64,000 nucleotides of DNA. It comes from Nitrospirota bacterium (GTDB lineage: Bacteria; Nitrospirota; UBA9217). Position 1 is the first letter of the stretch. Each line of letters starts with the position of its first letter. Shown piece after piece: positions 7,525-17,255 of this stretch. The position numbers and the translations under genes were made by a program. Under the pieces are notes generated by a model. The model had not been told where the DNA came from. It worked only from the letters and a program-made list of their open reading frames with translations, and searched no databases. The stretch is taken from assembly GCA_963749655.1 (NCBI GenBank), contig CAVVOB010000018.1:179248-243247 (forward strand), given 5' to 3'.

Positions 7525-10410
7525 CTACTTGGTAACGACGCTGCGTTTCTCGTAGAGCGAGCCGCCGTTCGCCTTCATGTGCGCCGTTGCTGCGGAGCTG
7601 TCATGGCAGGAGAAGCATGCGGCAGCGATCGGCGAGGACACGAGGTTGTCGCCGGAACCGCCACTGCCGTAGTTCACGTCCATCGTGATATACGGCGAGA
7701 AGTCGAATTTCGACGCGTCGGTCGACGACAGCGTACCCGTTGCGGTGGTGCTGAGAAGCATGTTGTTCATCACCGTATCGGTATATACCGTCGTATTGGT
7801 GTTGCCTACCCGTGTTACGCAGGAGAAATCAAATGCGCTGCCCGTGTAGCAGTCCTTGCCGTTGTTGAGGCCCGTGTTGGCGCCGACATGGCAGGCGTCG
7901 CACTTGTTCAGCTCGTTCGGATAGGTAATAAGGAAGAACCCTGCATCTGCCTCATCGCCCGCGACCGAGGTAGCATCCCAGGTGAAATTCACCGTCCGCT
8001 TCGAGGCCCCATGGATGGCGTGAACAAAGGTGCTGGCGTTCACGGCCCAACCCTGGCTGGCTCTACCCGGATTGTGGCAGAACGAACAGGTCGGCGCGTC
8101 ATTGCGCTGACCGACATGGAACGTGGGAGCTGCACCGAGCGCGACGTGGCAAGCATTACACTTGTCCGTATCCACTGCAGCGCGGCGGCCGGTGTATCCG
8201 GTTGCGACCTTCCACGCGTTCGGCGAAGGAACGGCGAGACCGCCCGTTCCGCTTGCAGCAGTATACAGATAGCCGGACACGTTCGTCTGAACAAGCGGCG
8301 GGGTGCCCGATCCGTAGCTGTAGCCGATGCCGCCGGTAAGCATTACCGCGGTGGAGGGCAGCGTCGTACCGGTCCGGACGATTGTGTAGTAACCGCTTCC
8401 GTCAGGTCCGATCATCGTGGCCGTGGTGCCGCTGATGACGCCGTTCCAGACGTTCCTGATGTAGACGCTGGCGCTCTTGTTGAAGTCAGACGGCGTGGTT
8501 CTGCCGTCCTGCGGCTCGGCCCATACGAAGTATGCGCTCGGCGAGCCCGCGACGTTGGCAAACAGTTCTGAAGTCGTATCCGTCGGTGCCGTGAATACAA
8601 CATCCGCGGCGGCCGTGTCATCATGGAACTTGAACGTGATGGCCGGATGGTTGTTCGACACGGTCACGCTGCTGATCAGCCATGAGAAACGATGTGCGCC
8701 GGTCGGCAATGCGTTTGCTGCGGCAATGTACTCAGCATTGGTATGGGTGTTGGTGCCGCCCAGGCCCATCCGAGGATCGGTCGTATCGGGCGGCACGATC
8801 GGAATGTGCTTGTCGGTAATGCCCGCCAGACCGCCGGATGCAGGATGGCAGCCCGAGCAGGTGGTATCATCGTCATTCGATCCGCCTGAGTGAGCGGTAA
8901 GGTTCCCTATTGACGTTGCGAAGCTTATATTGTCGTGGCAGGAACCGCAGGCCTTGCGGCTGGGTTTGGTCTTCCAGTTATTGCTGTCGGTCCCCTGGTG
9001 ACACATGGTGCAGTTGCGGATGTCCTGGGGATAGGTGACGTCGTTCGCCAGCACGCCAACCGGTCTTTCATTGGCCAGTTTCAGGTTTTCGCCCATGTGG
9101 ATCTTATGGACCATGGTGTTCATTTCACCCTGCGAGAATCCGGTCGATGATGCTGTAGGATCGGTGGCAAGATTGATCTGGTCGCCAACGATATAGGTGG
9201 TGCTTGCGGGAAGTGCACCCGTCGCATCCACGGTCTGTACAGAACGACCGATCGCCCGCTGATAGGTATGGCATACCACGCAGTACTTCGTGTCAACACG
9301 GCCACCGTGCGGGGTGGTGGTGCCGATCTTGTAATGGCAATTATTGCAGGCTGCGGCCGTTACGATGTCATGCGATGCCGTACCGGTGAAGGCCGGCAGG
9401 TTTGCAGGCACGAAGTCCTGGATAACGTTGATTGCCCTGTCGTTCAGCGAGCCGCCAGCTACGGTACCGGAGACCTGGATCGTCAGACGGTGCGTGTTGT
9501 TGGCGTTATACGTAACCCCGGATACGGCCGTGATGTCCTTGGCAAACGTGTAGCTGTAGGTGCCGTCGCCGTTGTCCGTCATGTTGGCTGCCGTACCTTC
9601 GCTGGTGGGACGGGAGGTGGCGGTAACCATGTAGCTCTGCCAATAGGTGCCCGATGCTGATGACTGCAACTGGGCCATCGCAAACTTGACCTGTGTTGCC
9701 GTCAGGCCGATAATCCCGTTGCCTGCTGAATCCTGCACCGTGAAATCAACAACCGGCGTACCTGCAGAAACATCGATGACCTGGACCGAGCCCGTCATAT
9801 TGAGCCCGGCAAGCTGCCTGGCACTCTGCTGGTTGATATCAACAAGGCCGCCTTGCACCGTGATGGGATCCGCGGTTGCGGAAAGCGGCGAGACGGTGTG
9901 CATGTCCTGGATAGCTGCCAGTCCGCCTGAAGCATGGCAGACGAGGCACTGCTCGACCGTGCTGGCCGTCGTGTCCGTGCCGTTGCAGACATAATCAGTG
10001 GACGTCACCGAATCAGGTGCGCCGTCGCCGTTCGTGTCCGGACCCACTTCGATCTTGAAGCCGCCGTTCGCGCAGTTGGCGCCGGCAGGCTCAGTCGTGA
10101 TCGATATGCCTACGGACGCGCCGCTTGATCCGGACGAACCGTTGCACACATACTGCGTGCTCGTGATCTCGGTCGTATCGAGAACGCCATTGCTGTTCAG
10201 GTCGATGCCGGCATTTACAGTGATGCCGTAGCTGCCGTCAATCAAAGCCGAGCCGGTGCACTGGCCGGCCGGGACGGAATTCTCTTTCGACACAACTACT
10301 GAGTTCGTCCCCTGTGCCGTCGTACCGCCGCCGCCGCTGGAGCTGCAGCCCGCGGCGATCAGCACTGCGAACAGACCCACTGCAAGTACTACGTGCAATG
10401 CTTTTTTCAT
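7525..10410 (-). CDS. OmcA/MtrC-family decaheme c-type cytochrome lipoprotein (961 aa)
   Basis: Lipobox AAGC; 10 CxxCH; DNGDGTYSYTF, MVHKIHMG, YPQDIRNCTMCH, PSRKACGSCH and AACFSCHDS..A.AHM..NGG motifs. Confidence 0.93.
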   Translation of the reverse strand: MKKALHVVLAVGLFAVLIAAGCSSSGGGGTTAQGTNSVVVSKENSVPAGQCTGSALIDGSYGITVNAGIDLNSNGVLDTTEITSTQYVCNGSSGSSGASVGISITTEPAGANCANGGFKIEVGPDTNGDGAPDSVTSTDYVCNGTDTTASTVEQCLVCHASGGLAAIQDMHTVSPLSATADPITVQGGLVDINQQSARQLAGLNMTGSVQVIDVSAGTPVVDFTVQDSAGNGIIGLTATQVKFAMAQLQSSASGTYWQSYMVTATSRPTSEGTAANMTDNGDGTYSYTFAKDITAVSGVTYNANNTHRLTIQVSGTVAGGSLNDRAINVIQDFVPANLPAFTGTASHDIVTAAACNNCHYKIGTTTPHGGRVDTKYCVVCHTYQRAIGRSVQTVDATGALPASTTYIVGDQINLATDPTASSTGFSQGEMNTMVHKIHMGENLKLANERPVGVLANDVTYPQDIRNCTMCHQGTDSNNWKTKPSRKACGSCHDNISFATSIGNLTAHSGGSNDDDTTCSGCHPASGGLAGITDKHIPIVPPDTTDPRMGLGGTNTHTNAEYIAAANALPTGAHRFSWLISSVTVSNNHPAITFKFHDDTAAADVVFTAPTDTTSELFANVAGSPSAYFVWAEPQDGRTTPSDFNKSASVYIRNVWNGVISGTTATMIGPDGSGYYTIVRTGTTLPSTAVMLTGGIGYSYGSGTPPLVQTNVSGYLYTAASGTGGLAVPSPNAWKVATGYTGRRAAVDTDKCNACHVALGAAPTFHVGQRNDAPTCSFCHNPGRASQGWAVNASTFVHAIHGASKRTVNFTWDATSVAGDEADAGFFLITYPNELNKCDACHVGANTGLNNGKDCYTGSAFDFSCVTRVGNTNTTVYTDTVMNNMLLSTTATGTLSSTDASKFDFSPYITMDVNYGSGGSGDNLVSSPIAAACFSCHDSSAATAHMKANGGSLYEKRSVVTK

Positions 10411-10913
10411 TTTTTTTCTCCCTTTCTTCGGTTTTATACAACAAAAAAACTCTTTTTTTCTTCCCTTGATGCAAATGATGCAAAAACACCTCGCAAAAAC
10501 AAAATACTAAAAATCTAGAAGGATTACCGGTGGATACCTGCTAGGACCACCTCCTTTCGGATCAGACTGAACATCGTATGATAATCAATACTATTTCCCC
10601 AATTTGACAGGCGGGTCCTGATTACGGGCAGTACGCAATCAAACGCACGCAGTTCACACTATATGTTTTCGCTGATGTATTATCAATGAATGAAGAAAAA
10701 CGTATATGACAATTCGATTTTGAGAAATCGAATTTGTGCATTGAATAATGCCCGGGAAATGATGAATGAGCACTTGCAGGACAACGAAGGGGCGAAAAAT
10801 TACATGGTGCCGGCGACTTATGCCTCAATTCTTCCCCCCTCCGGGAAAGCCGATTTGCCTGGATTTGCGCGGCAGGCAAACATGGGGAAAATATAGCAAC
10901 GGGTTTACAGTAT

Positions 10914-10929
10914 GTCAAGCTGGATGCCA
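10914..10929 (-). promoter_or_regulatory. Second, imperfect sigma-54-like motif
   Basis: TGGCATCCAGCTTGAC (-12 GC replaced by GA). Confidence 0.35.
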
Positions 10930-11012
10930 TATATCTTTTAATGCTTTAGTTTTAAATTATATATTGACTGTTATTAGCAAAAAATACCATTTCATATCAT
11001 CTTCCTTTTAAC

Positions 11013-11028
11013 TGCAACTCATATGCCA
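11013..11028 (-). promoter_or_regulatory. Sigma-54 (-24/-12) promoter facing the decaheme cytochrome gene
   Basis: TGGCATATGAGTTGCA matches TGGCAC-N5-TTGCA spacing; NtrC-type activator gene adjacent. Confidence 0.7.
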
Positions 11029-11361
11029 CAACAATTCACTATTATATTTGGTAGTTGCAAAATAACGCAACCTAAAATCAACAGCTAAATGGTGAAATGA
11101 CCACTTCTCACATGGGAATTTAACCGTCAAACTTTTTTCCCTTTCCGGTCCCGGGCTTCGCAAACGACATTATTATCGTGATGACGGTCAGCCGCGACTA
11201 AGCAGGCAAGGGAGGATGCACTGTTCCGAAAGCCTCTAAAATTACTGTTCAGAATTTTGTTTGCGGAGATGGCATGAAGAGCGGGAAGAAATGATGAGTG
11301 GCAGAACGACAGCCTATGGGTCTTGAAAATGCCGTCTTGCCGTGATGCCGCGGATCAGGGG

Positions 11362-12755
11362 TTATTCCAATCCGAACTTTTTCACCTGATAGCGCATAGT
11401 ATCGTAGCTTATCTGGAGCAGTTTGGCTGCCTGGGTCTTGTTATGATTGGAACGTTCGAGGGCCTGCTGGATAAGGTCCTTCTCCAGCTTCTCAAGTGAG
11501 ACCCCCTCATCAGGAAGAATGAACGTCCGGGTGTGCCGGTGGTACGCGACGCCTGCCCGTCCGATCAGCCACTCAGGAAGATGCTCGGGACCTATTTCCA
11601 GGTCGCTTTCAAGCACGACAATGCGTTCGACGAGGTTCCGGAGTTCCCTGATATTGCCGGGCCAGTCGTAGGAAGCCAGAATGTCTTCGGCCTCGTTGGA
11701 CAGATATTTTACGTTCTTCTTGCTGTGGTCCGGAACTGAAGAGAACAAAAAATTTTCTCGCCAGGAGAGGGATGTCCTCTTTTCGCTCCCTGAGCGGCGG
11801 CACGTGCAGATGGAAGGTGTTCAGCCTGAAAAACAGGTCTCTCCGGAATTCTCCCGTCTCGACCGCCTCTGCCAGATTTTTATTCGTCGTTGCGATCACC
11901 GTTATGTCGATCGGTATCTCTTCCGTGCCTCCCACATGCCGGATGGTCCTTTCCTCAAGCACCCGCAGCAATTTTGCCTGCAGGTTCAGCTGCATGTCCC
12001 CGATCTCATCAAGGAGCAGCGCTCCTCCCTGCGCCAGCTCGAACAGCCCCTTCTTGGCCGACGTCGCATCGGTAAAGGCCCCTTTTTCATGGCCGAACAG
12101 CTCGCTCTCCAGCAAGGCGTCCGGGCAGCGAAGCGCAGTTGATCTGGATGAAGGGGGAGAATCCCGAACCGGACGCAGGGCACATCAGCCGGTGCGCATA
12201 ACGGGCGAACAGCTCCTTGCCGGTCCCGCTCTCCCCCGTGAGAAGAAGGCTGGAAACAGAGGCGTGGGCGATCTTCTCGATCTGGACCATGAGGTCGCGG
12301 ACAAGCTTCGAGGAGCCGATAATCTCCGGCTCCTCCAGCAGCCCGGAGCTGACTTTTCGAAGATAGGTGACCTCCTGCTTCAACTGTTCCTTTTCCAGGA
12401 TATTGCGGAGGACGATCTTTACTTCCTCGATATTGAATGGTTTGGTGAGATAATCGGCGGCCCCGAGCTTCATCGCCTTCACCGCTGTTTCGGCGGAGTC
12501 GTCGGCGGTCAGCATAACGACCTGCGTGGAAGTCCCCTGCGCCATCAGGTCCTGTAAAATGTCGATACCGCTTTTCTCAGGGAGCCTGTTGTCCAGCAGC
12601 ACGACATGGGGGGACCATGAGCTGATCTTGTTCAGGATGCCTGTTGAACTCGTCGCCGAGCGCACCTCGTACCCGCTGTTCTTCAGCACCCGCGAGAGCA
12701 TGGATACGATAAGCTCATCGTCGTCGACGAGAAATATTCGACCGCCGCTCTTCAT
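11362..12755 (-). CDS. Sigma-54-dependent response regulator (REC-AAA+-Fis HTH), broken by frameshifts near 12123 and ~11745
   Basis: [44 protein letters not shown] and [11 protein letters not shown] spread over three ORFs. Confidence 0.9.
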
Positions 12756-14596
12756 GCTGTCAACGCCCCCTCCAGCTTCTTAACCGGCAGGCTGACGCTG
12801 CAGGTGACTCCGCCGTTCCCGTTGTTTTCGAGCCTGATCCGGCCGCCGTGCTCCTCAACGAGGCGCCTGGTGATCGAAAGCCCGAGTCCGGTCCCCTTCG
12901 ACTTCGTGGTGAAGAAAGGATTAAAAATCTTGCCCAAGGTTGCGGGGTCGATCCCCGATCCCGTATCGGACAGCTCGATCTTCAGGTACTTTGCTTCGGC
13001 AAAGTACCTGCGTCCTTATCGTCACGGTCCCCCCGTCGGGCATGGCGTCGACGGCATTCATCATCAGGTTCAGGAAAATCTGCTGCAGCTGCATCGGGTC
13101 GGCCATGATCTCCGGCAAGATCGTCCGCCAGATCGCGTTTCAGGCGGACTGCGTGTGCCCCGTCCCGGGAACGGGCATGTTCCTTCAGCACCAGGGTAGT
13201 GACGTTCTCGAGTATGACATGCACATTCGTGCTGGCAAGCTGCGGCTTCGGCGGATGGGCGAAATTCAACAGCCCTTTCATCAGGTACTCGATCCGTTTG
13301 ATCTCTCCGATGACCCTCTTCAGCACATCGCGGTCCTCGTCCGACAGGTAAGACTCCTCGGAGAGGGCTTCCATGGACACCTTGATGCCCGCGAGCGGGT
13401 TCTTGATTTCATGGGCGAGACCGGTCGCGAGTTCTCCCGCCACTCTGATCCGCTCCGTTCGCTGCAGTTCTCTTTCGGCCCGCTTCCGCTCGGTTATGTC
13501 CCGGTCCATGGCGAGGATGAAGGTCTGGCCGCCCACCTCGAACGGGCCCGCGCTGACCTCCACGGGGAAGACCGATCCGTCCTTTCTTCGATGCTCCATT
13601 TCGGCCTTGATCCACTCTCCCTTGAGGATCCGTTCGATCCGGGAACCTGCATAGGCGGCATAGTCCGGCGTATCGAGGTCCTGGATCTTCATGCCTCTGA
13701 GCTCATCAACGGTGAAGTTGTGCATTCTCGCAGCCGCATGGTTGGCCTGAACGATCCTTCCCGCCTGGCTCGCCTTCAGCTTCCAGGATAAAAATGGCAT
13801 CCGCGGCGTTTTCAAAGAGGAGGCGATAGCGTTTTTCGCTCTCTTCGATGGCGCGCATATTCGTGCGAAGGGACTCCGCCATATCGTTGAATGCCACGGC
13901 CAGTTCCCCGAACTCGTCCTTCAAGCCTTTAATACGGTGGTCCAGATCGCCCCCCTTCAGTTTTCTCGTGGCCTGCAGGAGGACCAGGACCGGTCCGGTG
14001 ACCCCCTTGATCACGGACATGGCGAAAATGATCATCAGCAGGGGGCCGGCGGCAATGACGATGAGCATGACGATCTTCATTTTGTGCGCGTAGCGAAGGG
14101 AATCTTCGGTCTGGTAATACAGCTTTTTATTCGTCAGAATGACCATGGTTTCCACTTTTCCAATGAGCGAGTCGCCGATGATATGGGCGTTCTCCATCTG
14201 TTCCCTGCTGACCGAACGCCTTTCCCTTACCCTGGACAGGATCTCGGTAATGGAATCGTCGTATTGTCTGATCTGCTGATTGAGATCCTCCAGCCGTTCC
14301 TGCACGTAGGCGGAATGATGACAACCAAGGCAATTGCTGATGGAATTGTCTACTGAACGAAGATGCTCCATGACCGAATCAGAACTCTGAGGACGAAGAG
14401 TGCCCTGTGAATACAGGTCCGTCTCCACTTTCTGTATGTTCATCAGCAGATGCTCCCGCAGGTTTTCGATCTGATGCAGCATGATGATATTGTCGAATTC
14501 GGACACATTGCGTTCGATGGCGATTACGAGATAAATGCCGCCGGCCAGCGTCACGAGCGAAAAAATGCTGAGGAGCAGTATGATCTTCTTTTTCAT
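12752..14596 (-). CDS. Sensor histidine kinase (periplasmic CxxCH, HAMP, PAS, HisKA, HATPase), frameshifted near 13770, 13120 and 13000
   Basis: Two TM helices flanking CLGCH; DEFGELA..FN.M HAMP; PAS; LAHEIKNPL; NAVDAM; PFFTTK..GTGLGL. Confidence 0.9.
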
Positions 14597-14974
14597 GTGT
14601 GAAGTTCCCGCGAAGCCTCTTCGGATCCGTTCACCTGTTCTTAAAAAACAGCCCGTGCAACGTTGGTTAGGGAGGGCTGGGAAAACTGTCGGGAATGTCG
14701 TTCAGGAAAGCATTCTGGATGAGTCTCTTTGATGCAACATCCCATGACGCTGCGATTCAGGCAATGCCGGGCCGGTAGCCCGTGAAACCGATCAAATCGC
14801 ACCATCCATAATAAATCAGAACATGCATTGAGTCAATGCCGCGCTTGCAGAAAGGGACCAAGGGGAATCCGTACGTCTTCCCTCAGGGGCGACGCGCAGC
14901 TGCTGATACCGACGTACCATTGAACTGTAGATCGACGCTCACACCGCAAATTCCGCGAACGGGTCCGGACGGAC

Positions 14975-16504
14975 TCACGACGGCAATCCGAAAAAATCGC
15001 GGATTTTGGACAGCATCCTGCCTGAGACATCCTTTTTGCGGCGTTCGAGGGCGGCGGCATCCAGCCGTTCCCGCCCCGCATCGAGTCCTGCCTGCCGTTC
15101 CGAGAGAATATGGCTCAAAGCTTCCGCGATGGAAGGGTTGTTGGCCAGGGTGGCTCTGAAGCTGTCTTTATCGATAACGATAAATTCCGCATCCTCTTTG
15201 ACGTGGATGCTCGCGGTCCGGGCCGCCCCGGTGAGCAGGCTCATCTCTCCGAAAATGTCGCCTGCGCCGAGCGTGGCTACCACCGTACGCTCGCCGGGAG
15301 ACTTCTCCACGACGACGACGACCCTCCCGCTTCTGATGATGTAGAAGGAATTACCCGCTTCTCCCTGCCGGATAGGCACTTCGCCGGCGGCATAGGTCCT
15401 GACGTGCACCTGGCCGACCAGCTCTTTCAGCTCCGCTTTGCTCAAGGGGGAAAATATTTCCACCTTCGCCATCATGCCCATGATCTCCTGGACAATGCGG
15501 TCCTGGTCGGCGCGCTGCGTCTCCGGCGTTACCTGCTTCACCTGAACATTTCTCACCGGGAACGGGATCTCGATGCCGCTGCGCCTGAACTGGTACCAGA
15601 GCAGGTTCATGATTTCCGCTTCGATTCCGATGCGCCCGGCGAAATCGGTGATCGCATAGCGGATCTCGAATTGAACGGAATAATCCCCATAGGCGTAAAC
15701 GCGCACGACGGGCTCCGGAACCTTCAGTACGCCGGGGATAGACGCCAGCACAGCGAGAATCGCGGTTCGGGCCTTATTGGGAGGGATGGTATAGCCCACG
15801 CCGATATTCAACTTTCTCACCGAGACTGCGTCCGGAAGGCTGAAGTTGACGACGGCCTCGCTCAAGACCTTGCCGTTCGGAATAAAAACCTCGTTGTGTT
15901 CCACCGTCATGATTCTCGTTGATCGAAGTGTGATGTCGACTACGCGGCCCTCGTGACCTCCTGCAGAAATCCAGTCCCCCTGCTTGAGCGGTTTTTCGAG
16001 ATGGATGGTCAACCCCGCAAGCATGTTGGCGAGAGTGCTCTGGAACGCCAGACCGATCGTCGCGGTAAGCACGGTCGTTGTGGCAATTAGAGACGTAACG
16101 TTGACATTGAGAATCTCCTTCAGCAGGATCAGCGCCACGACGATGATTACGGACGCAGTGATGATGTTCTTGAACGCGGCGGGAAAACTCCCCCGCTTCC
16201 AGCGGACCACGAACAGATCGCCGTAAACATAGAGGCCGAGCTTGAGCGCCGCGAAGGTGAATATCAGCCAGGAAAAAAAATTCAACTGCATCGCCATGCG
16301 GGGATAATAATCGGTGGCGCCGAAATGAAGAAAGACCTGAACGGAAAAAAAGAGCGCAACAAGGTGCAGCGCTGCGCCGATGGGTTTGAGGAGGGCGGAT
16401 TGACGGGAGAGGAACTGGATCGCGATGCGACATGCGGCATAGATCACGATACTCAGCGCCGTGGTCCAGAGCAGTGAACCGGTGAAGTCCTTCAGGAATT
16501 CCAT
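14975..16504 (-). CDS. MscS-family channel with C-terminal cyclic-nucleotide-binding domain
   Basis: IGLAFQSTLANMLAG, GDWI...G.V..ITLRST; GDIFGEMSLLTGAARTASI (CNBD). Confidence 0.92.
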   Translation of the reverse strand: MEFLKDFTGSLLWTTALSIVIYAACRIAIQFLSRQSALLKPIGAALHLVALFFSVQVFLHFGATDYYPRMAMQLNFFSWLIFTFAALKLGLYVYGDLFVVRWKRGSFPAAFKNIITASVIIVVALILLKEILNVNVTSLIATTTVLTATIGLAFQSTLANMLAGLTIHLEKPLKQGDWISAGGHEGRVVDITLRSTRIMTVEHNEVFIPNGKVLSEAVVNFSLPDAVSVRKLNIGVGYTIPPNKARTAILAVLASIPGVLKVPEPVVRVYAYGDYSVQFEIRYAITDFAGRIGIEAEIMNLLWYQFRRSGIEIPFPVRNVQVKQVTPETQRADQDRIVQEIMGMMAKVEIFSPLSKAELKELVGQVHVRTYAAGEVPIRQGEAGNSFYIIRSGRVVVVVEKSPGERTVVATLGAGDIFGEMSLLTGAARTASIHVKEDAEFIVIDKDSFRATLANNPSIAEALSHILSERQAGLDAGRERLDAAALERRKKDVSGRMLSKIRDFFGLPS

Positions 16505-16567
16505 GGCAGCCCCCCAGAGGAATTATGATCGCTCATTGCGGGCGAATGCAGCCTCTCTCGTTTCCCG

Positions 16568-17149
16568 CTATTGCCGGATATGCTTGCCGATTTCACCCCA
16601 GAGCTCTTTCAAGCCGATGCCGCTCTTGACCGAAGTGACGAGCAGGGGTCCCGGCAGATTGAGTGCGGCCGTTATCGCGCGGCGGGCCTGTTCCGTTTCC
16701 TGACGGTTCAGCTTGTCCGCCTTGGTCAGCGCGCATATCATGGGGATATCATTGTCGCGCAGCCACTGCGCCAGCCTCGCGTCGCGGTCGTCCGGCGTCC
16801 GCCTGATGTCCAGAAGCATGACAACGGCCGACAGCCGGTCGTTGTCTTTCAGATACCCTTCGATCATGGGAGCCCAGGCGTCGGTCACCGAATACGGGAC
16901 CTGGGCATAACCATACCCCGGCAGGTCGACGAAATAATAGGATTGGTTGATGACGAAAAAATTGATGAGCTGGGTCTTGCCGGGCGTCTGGCTCGTTTTC
17001 ACCAGGTTCTTCCGGTGAAGCAGGGCGTTGATGATCGACGATTTTCCCACATTGGACCGGCCGGCAAAAGCGACCTGCGGTTTCTTGTCCCGGGGGAACT
17101 GGCTGGGCCCCGGCGCGCTCACTACGAATTCAGCGGAAAGAATCTTCAT
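16568..17149 (-). CDS. engB: Ribosome biogenesis GTPase EngB/YihA/YsxC
   Basis: GRSNVGKSS, TPGKTQ, DLPGYG, TKAD. Confidence 0.96.
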   Translation of the reverse strand: MKILSAEFVVSAPGPSQFPRDKKPQVAFAGRSNVGKSSIINALLHRKNLVKTSQTPGKTQLINFFVINQSYYFVDLPGYGYAQVPYSVTDAWAPMIEGYLKDNDRLSAVVMLLDIRRTPDDRDARLAQWLRDNDIPMICALTKADKLNRQETEQARRAITAALNLPGPLLVTSVKSGIGLKELWGEIGKHIRQ

Positions 17150-17255
17150 GTCCCCCGATCAAACGGCATGTGCTCCGGCGAAAAAAAAGAGATTAAGCAA
17201 GGCAAACGCCTTAACCGCCTTAATCTCTCGTGCATTCATGATCCTGACGCCGCCG

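Noticed and set aside
10544-10558. 16S rRNA 3'-end fragment
   Set aside because: Similarity is limited to 15 nt, with no flanking rRNA sequence.
10560-11000. c-di-GMP/cGAMP (GEMM) riboswitch upstream of the cytochrome
   Set aside because: GGCAAA occurs, but I could not find the following GAAA-loop stem and GACGCAAAGC element. GACGCAAA hits near 21350, 42335 and 49281 lack the rest of the motif or belong to the 9-nt repeats.
10622-11011. Small ORFs in the AT-rich intergenic region (also 5841-6047, 49586-49870, 55536-55718)
   Set aside because: Atypical composition, no convincing RBS or motifs; they overlap likely regulatory DNA.
14630-14970. Possible degenerate MITE (also 48840-48860, 49070-49155, 55570-55850)
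   Set aside because: Only faint end-like motifs; I could not define paired IRs or target duplications by eye.
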